From NCBI GenBank assembly GCA_964016885.1, contig OZ024745.1:107632001-107696000 (forward strand): 64,000 nt of DNA. Direction: 5' to 3'. Shown piece after piece: positions 60,147 to 64,000 of the stretch. The stretch comes from Eledone cirrhosa. Lineage: Eukaryota. The translations under genes were made by a program, and so were the position numbers. Numbering within the stretch: position 1 is the stretch's first letter; every line of letters starts with the position of its first letter. The notes beneath the pieces were generated by a model. It worked only from the letters and a program-made list of their open reading frames with translations, did not search any database and was not told the origin of the DNA.

Positions 60147-60667
60147 CAGCGGTGTGAAACAGGCGGCCCGCGGGCCACCATCTGGCCCACCAGACCAGTC
60201 AGTGTGGTCCGCGATGACCGTTTTTAATTTTTACCTTGTAGGCTTATTTAGAATTTTTTTCGTAACCGTAATACAATTTTCTGTTAGTTGACTTATACTA
60301 AAGGGCTTCACTGATAGGGTTGTGTGTGTTATAATTTCCCAGTTCCATGCTATGGAAAGAATTTGTGGTGAATGTTTGGAATAGTGCTTAATAAATATTA
60401 ATTGTTTCTACTTTAGGCACAAGGCCAGCAAATACCCAGTGCATTACTGGTACTTTATTTGATCGACCCTGTAAGGATGAAAGGCAAAGTCAACCTCGGC
60501 GGGATTTGAACTCAGATCGTAAAGGGACGTAACTATGCTGGAAAGCATGGCGTCCGACCCTCTACCGATACTGCCAATCCACCGCCATATTAATAAATAT
60601 TAATGGCTCTAATAGTTGTTCCAATGTTCAAAAGTGGCCCGCCAATGGAATATGTTGCACGCCCTTG
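60147..60667. mobile_element. hAT-type MITE with nested SINE A
   Basis: 8-bp TSD TTATAGAG at 60139-60146 and 60668-60675; imperfect TIRs; subterminal GGCCCGCGGGCC. Confidence 0.8.
60403..60586 (-). mobile_element. SINE family A, full length
   Basis: TSD TTAATAAATATTAAT at 60388-60402 and 60590-60604. Confidence 0.9.
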
Positions 60668-61229
60668 TTATAGAGTATCCGATGCTCAATCAAAAAATAT
60701 GTTATTCAAAAATTATTTTGATTTTGAATCACATCTATAAATTGACTTGGTGTTTTGATTTTGTAGAGCATGAAATTCCTTGTATTAAATTAAATAAACC
60801 GCAAGACAAAATATGTCGGTGTGAGTTCGTATCATATGCATGTCAAAAATGTAATTTTCTCTTACGGTTTGTATACATTTATAGATATATTACGAAACAC
60901 AAGCACACATAACCTCACACACTCATATACTTACAGTAACAGAAATACCGCCCTCGGGGAGGTATTTCTGCTTGTTAAAAATGAAATAAAATGTAAACAG
61001 AAGACAAACATTATATGCATTAAACATACATCTACAACCCTCATCTCCTTCTGAACTTAGGCTTACATTAAATCTGGATATTACTTAAAAGGGGATTTAG
61101 CTGCAATTAAAAATTCAAAGGGAGATATTGAGAGAGAGAGAGAAGAAAAGGAGTAGATATGCGAAGAAGGAAGTGGGATGTATGTCCGGTATGTGTTTTA
61201 GTGTATGAATGTAGATATCTGAGTCGTTT

Positions 61230-61740
<511 letters not shown>

Positions 61741-62115
61741 TTACCCGCATATAGTTTATTCCCTTTAATTCACATGTTCCATTGATTCTCTAAAAGTCTT
61801 TTAGGAGTATTTTTGGAACTATTTAGCCGACCTTGGCCTTGTAATCCTTCAAAACAAACTTTCTTCTTCTTCTTCTTCTTCTTTTTCTTTTTCTTTTTCT
61901 TTTTCTTTTTCTTTTTCTTCTTTTTCTTCTTCTTGTTCTTCTTTTTCTTCTTTTTCTTCTTTTTCTTCTTTTTCTTCTTCTTCTTCTTCTTAATAGAAAA
62001 TTTAAAACTAATGAAAAGTATTGTATTAGTTATTGTTGTCTTATAATAGTTGTAATAGTTGACGACAATAATTTCTAATATGTTGTAATAATTATCCCCA
62101 CCATAATAGTAATAC

Positions 62116-62672
62116 TTTCTACTTTAGGCACAAGGCCAGAAATTATCCCAGTGCATTACAGGTACTTTATGTTATCGTCTCCGTAAGGATGAAAGGTAAA
62201 ATTAACCTCGGCGGGGTTTAAACTCAGACCGCAAAGGTCCGTAACACTATGCTGCAAACATGGCGTCCGACCTTCTACCGATACTGCCAATCTACAATAA
62301 TAATCTTTTCTACTTTAGGCACAAGGCCAACAATTAAAAAGGAAGGGGAAAATCGATTAAATTGACCCCAGTGCTTACTGGTACTTTATTTTATCGACCC
62401 CGGGGCGATAGCGTCTCTTCTGATTTCTTAGTCTTTTAGATATCTCTTCTAAAGTCATAATGATTTCTACTATAGGCACAAGGCAAGCAATTTTAGGGCA
62501 AGGGGAGAGACGATTAAATCAACCCCAGTGCATTACTGGTACTTTATTTTATTGACCCAGTAAGGATGAAAGGCAAAGCTAACCTCGGCGGGATTTGAAC
62601 GCATAATGTAAAGGGCCATAACTCTATGCTTCAAAGCATGGTGCCTGACGCTCTACCAATACTACCAATCCA
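62116..62672 (-). mobile_element. Cluster of three SINE A copies (62116-62295, 62307-62402, 62465-62672)
   Basis: Reverse complements of core and head. Confidence 0.8.
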
Positions 62673-63749
62673 TCAACAACACCACCTACATAATTGTAGT
62701 AATGATTATGAAAAATTAAAAAAACATGCTACTAAAATTTCGTCTTCTTTTTCGGACTAAGAATAAAAAATGTCTTAAAAAGAATTACTTTTCGACTGTC
62801 ATAGCTGTCAAAGCAATGATTTGAAGTGTCCAATCGGAGAAATTTGCCTAAAAGTGATTGCAACTTTGAAATGTAAATATGCATTAAATATATAAAATAA
62901 ATCAAAATATTTAAGGAATTATTATTACCCAACTTAAATGTTTCTTCCATTAGATTTTACTTTAAAAGGATATATTTGAAAATAAAACAATCAGATAAGA
63001 GGGTGACTTCTTTATGAGAGAAAAATAAGCTACTAACTCCTAAGGCCGTCACTCGCAACTGACGATCACTTGATGGTTTTCTTAAGAGCTTTAGGTACCC
63101 ATGAAATCGCGAGCATACCCTCTCGACCCTACCCTCAACCACCTTGATCCAATGGAACATCGAGGATGTGGAAGCTAGAGAGAGAGAGAGAGAGAGAGAG
63201 AGATTGGCATATCGAAATAAAAATGTTGAGAAACAAGTGAATAACGGCAAGAATTGAACTCAGAGCGAAGAGATCCCGAATAATTATCCAATGCACTAAA
63301 AAAGTAATACAAAAAGTAATACAAAATGCTGTTTCATTAGATTTCATGTTATTCCAATGGTGACCATTGATTTTTTTTCTTAAGCATAGTATATACTATT
63401 GAGTACTACGTTAACTAATGTGTTAGTCCATTTTTATGACAAAATAATGACACATTCGCCTATGCAATAACTCATTCGTTGACATTCGCATGTCGTTGTT
63501 GTTGCTGTTCTGTGTGTGTCTGTCTGTGTATGTGTGTCTGTCTATGTATGTGTGTGTCTGTCTGTTTGTGTGTGTATGGAGCACTCTCATTAAAAGGTGC
63601 TTCATTCAGATGGGTATCAAATAAACTGGACCAATTCTAAGTTAAGAGTGTGGAGTGACTACCAGTTATGAGTGATGTGTTGTCCTGTAATTTTCTTTAA
63701 TATTTCAGTAATTAAAGATATTACAACTTGCATTTTACATCATATCTAC

Positions 63750-64000
63750 ATCCAATGATGTAGACCAGTTTTTCTTTGGGGGCAAATGCATTCGATGTTC
63801 AGCGAGTGAAATTGGTCACGTACAAAGCCTTTCTTCACTTGAAAAGGCTTCAAGCACAGGCATAGTTTGATATGTGACATTTTCTTCGGTGCATGGTATT
63901 GCTGGCCATAGGCAAGTCCCTAGCAGAACTAAAAAGTCACGTCGGTGATGCTCATGGTTAAGTATCAAGCAATGGCATTACTCGAAATCGAATTGCAGCC
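63750..64000 (+). mobile_element. Family C element, diverged 3' part running off the window
   Basis: TCCAATGATG..GCACAGGCAT..GCTGGCC..ACTCGAAA..GCAGCC as in 540-862. Confidence 0.55.

Overview
Very AT-rich, microsatellite-saturated eukaryotic DNA. The SINE and repeat repertoire suggests a coleoid cephalopod (octopus-like) genome; this is an inference. No host gene exon could be recognised, and nearly all ORF-track entries are translations of (TA)n, (CA)n, (GGT)n or (CAT)n arrays. Real coding remnants all belong to retroelements: a 5'-truncated Penelope-like element (RT + GIY-YIG, ~26050-28751, minus), a 5'-truncated R4/Dong-type LINE (RT + CCHC + restriction-like endonuclease, 31381-33138, minus), and CR1-group, RTE and CRE-like fragments. 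The window also holds many tRNA-derived SINEs, hAT and Tc1/mariner MITEs, a probable Helitron and a 200-N gap. The most striking hidden layer is about 15 type I hammerhead-ribozyme motifs (intact, U4-variant or decayed) in short Penelope-like termini embedded in (TA)n tracts. Many of these sit in fold-back inverted repeats centred in or just upstream of the ribozyme. One five-copy palindromic family keeps only the 3' half of a hammerhead, mirrored about stem II. All structures were folded by eye; none was computed or assayed.
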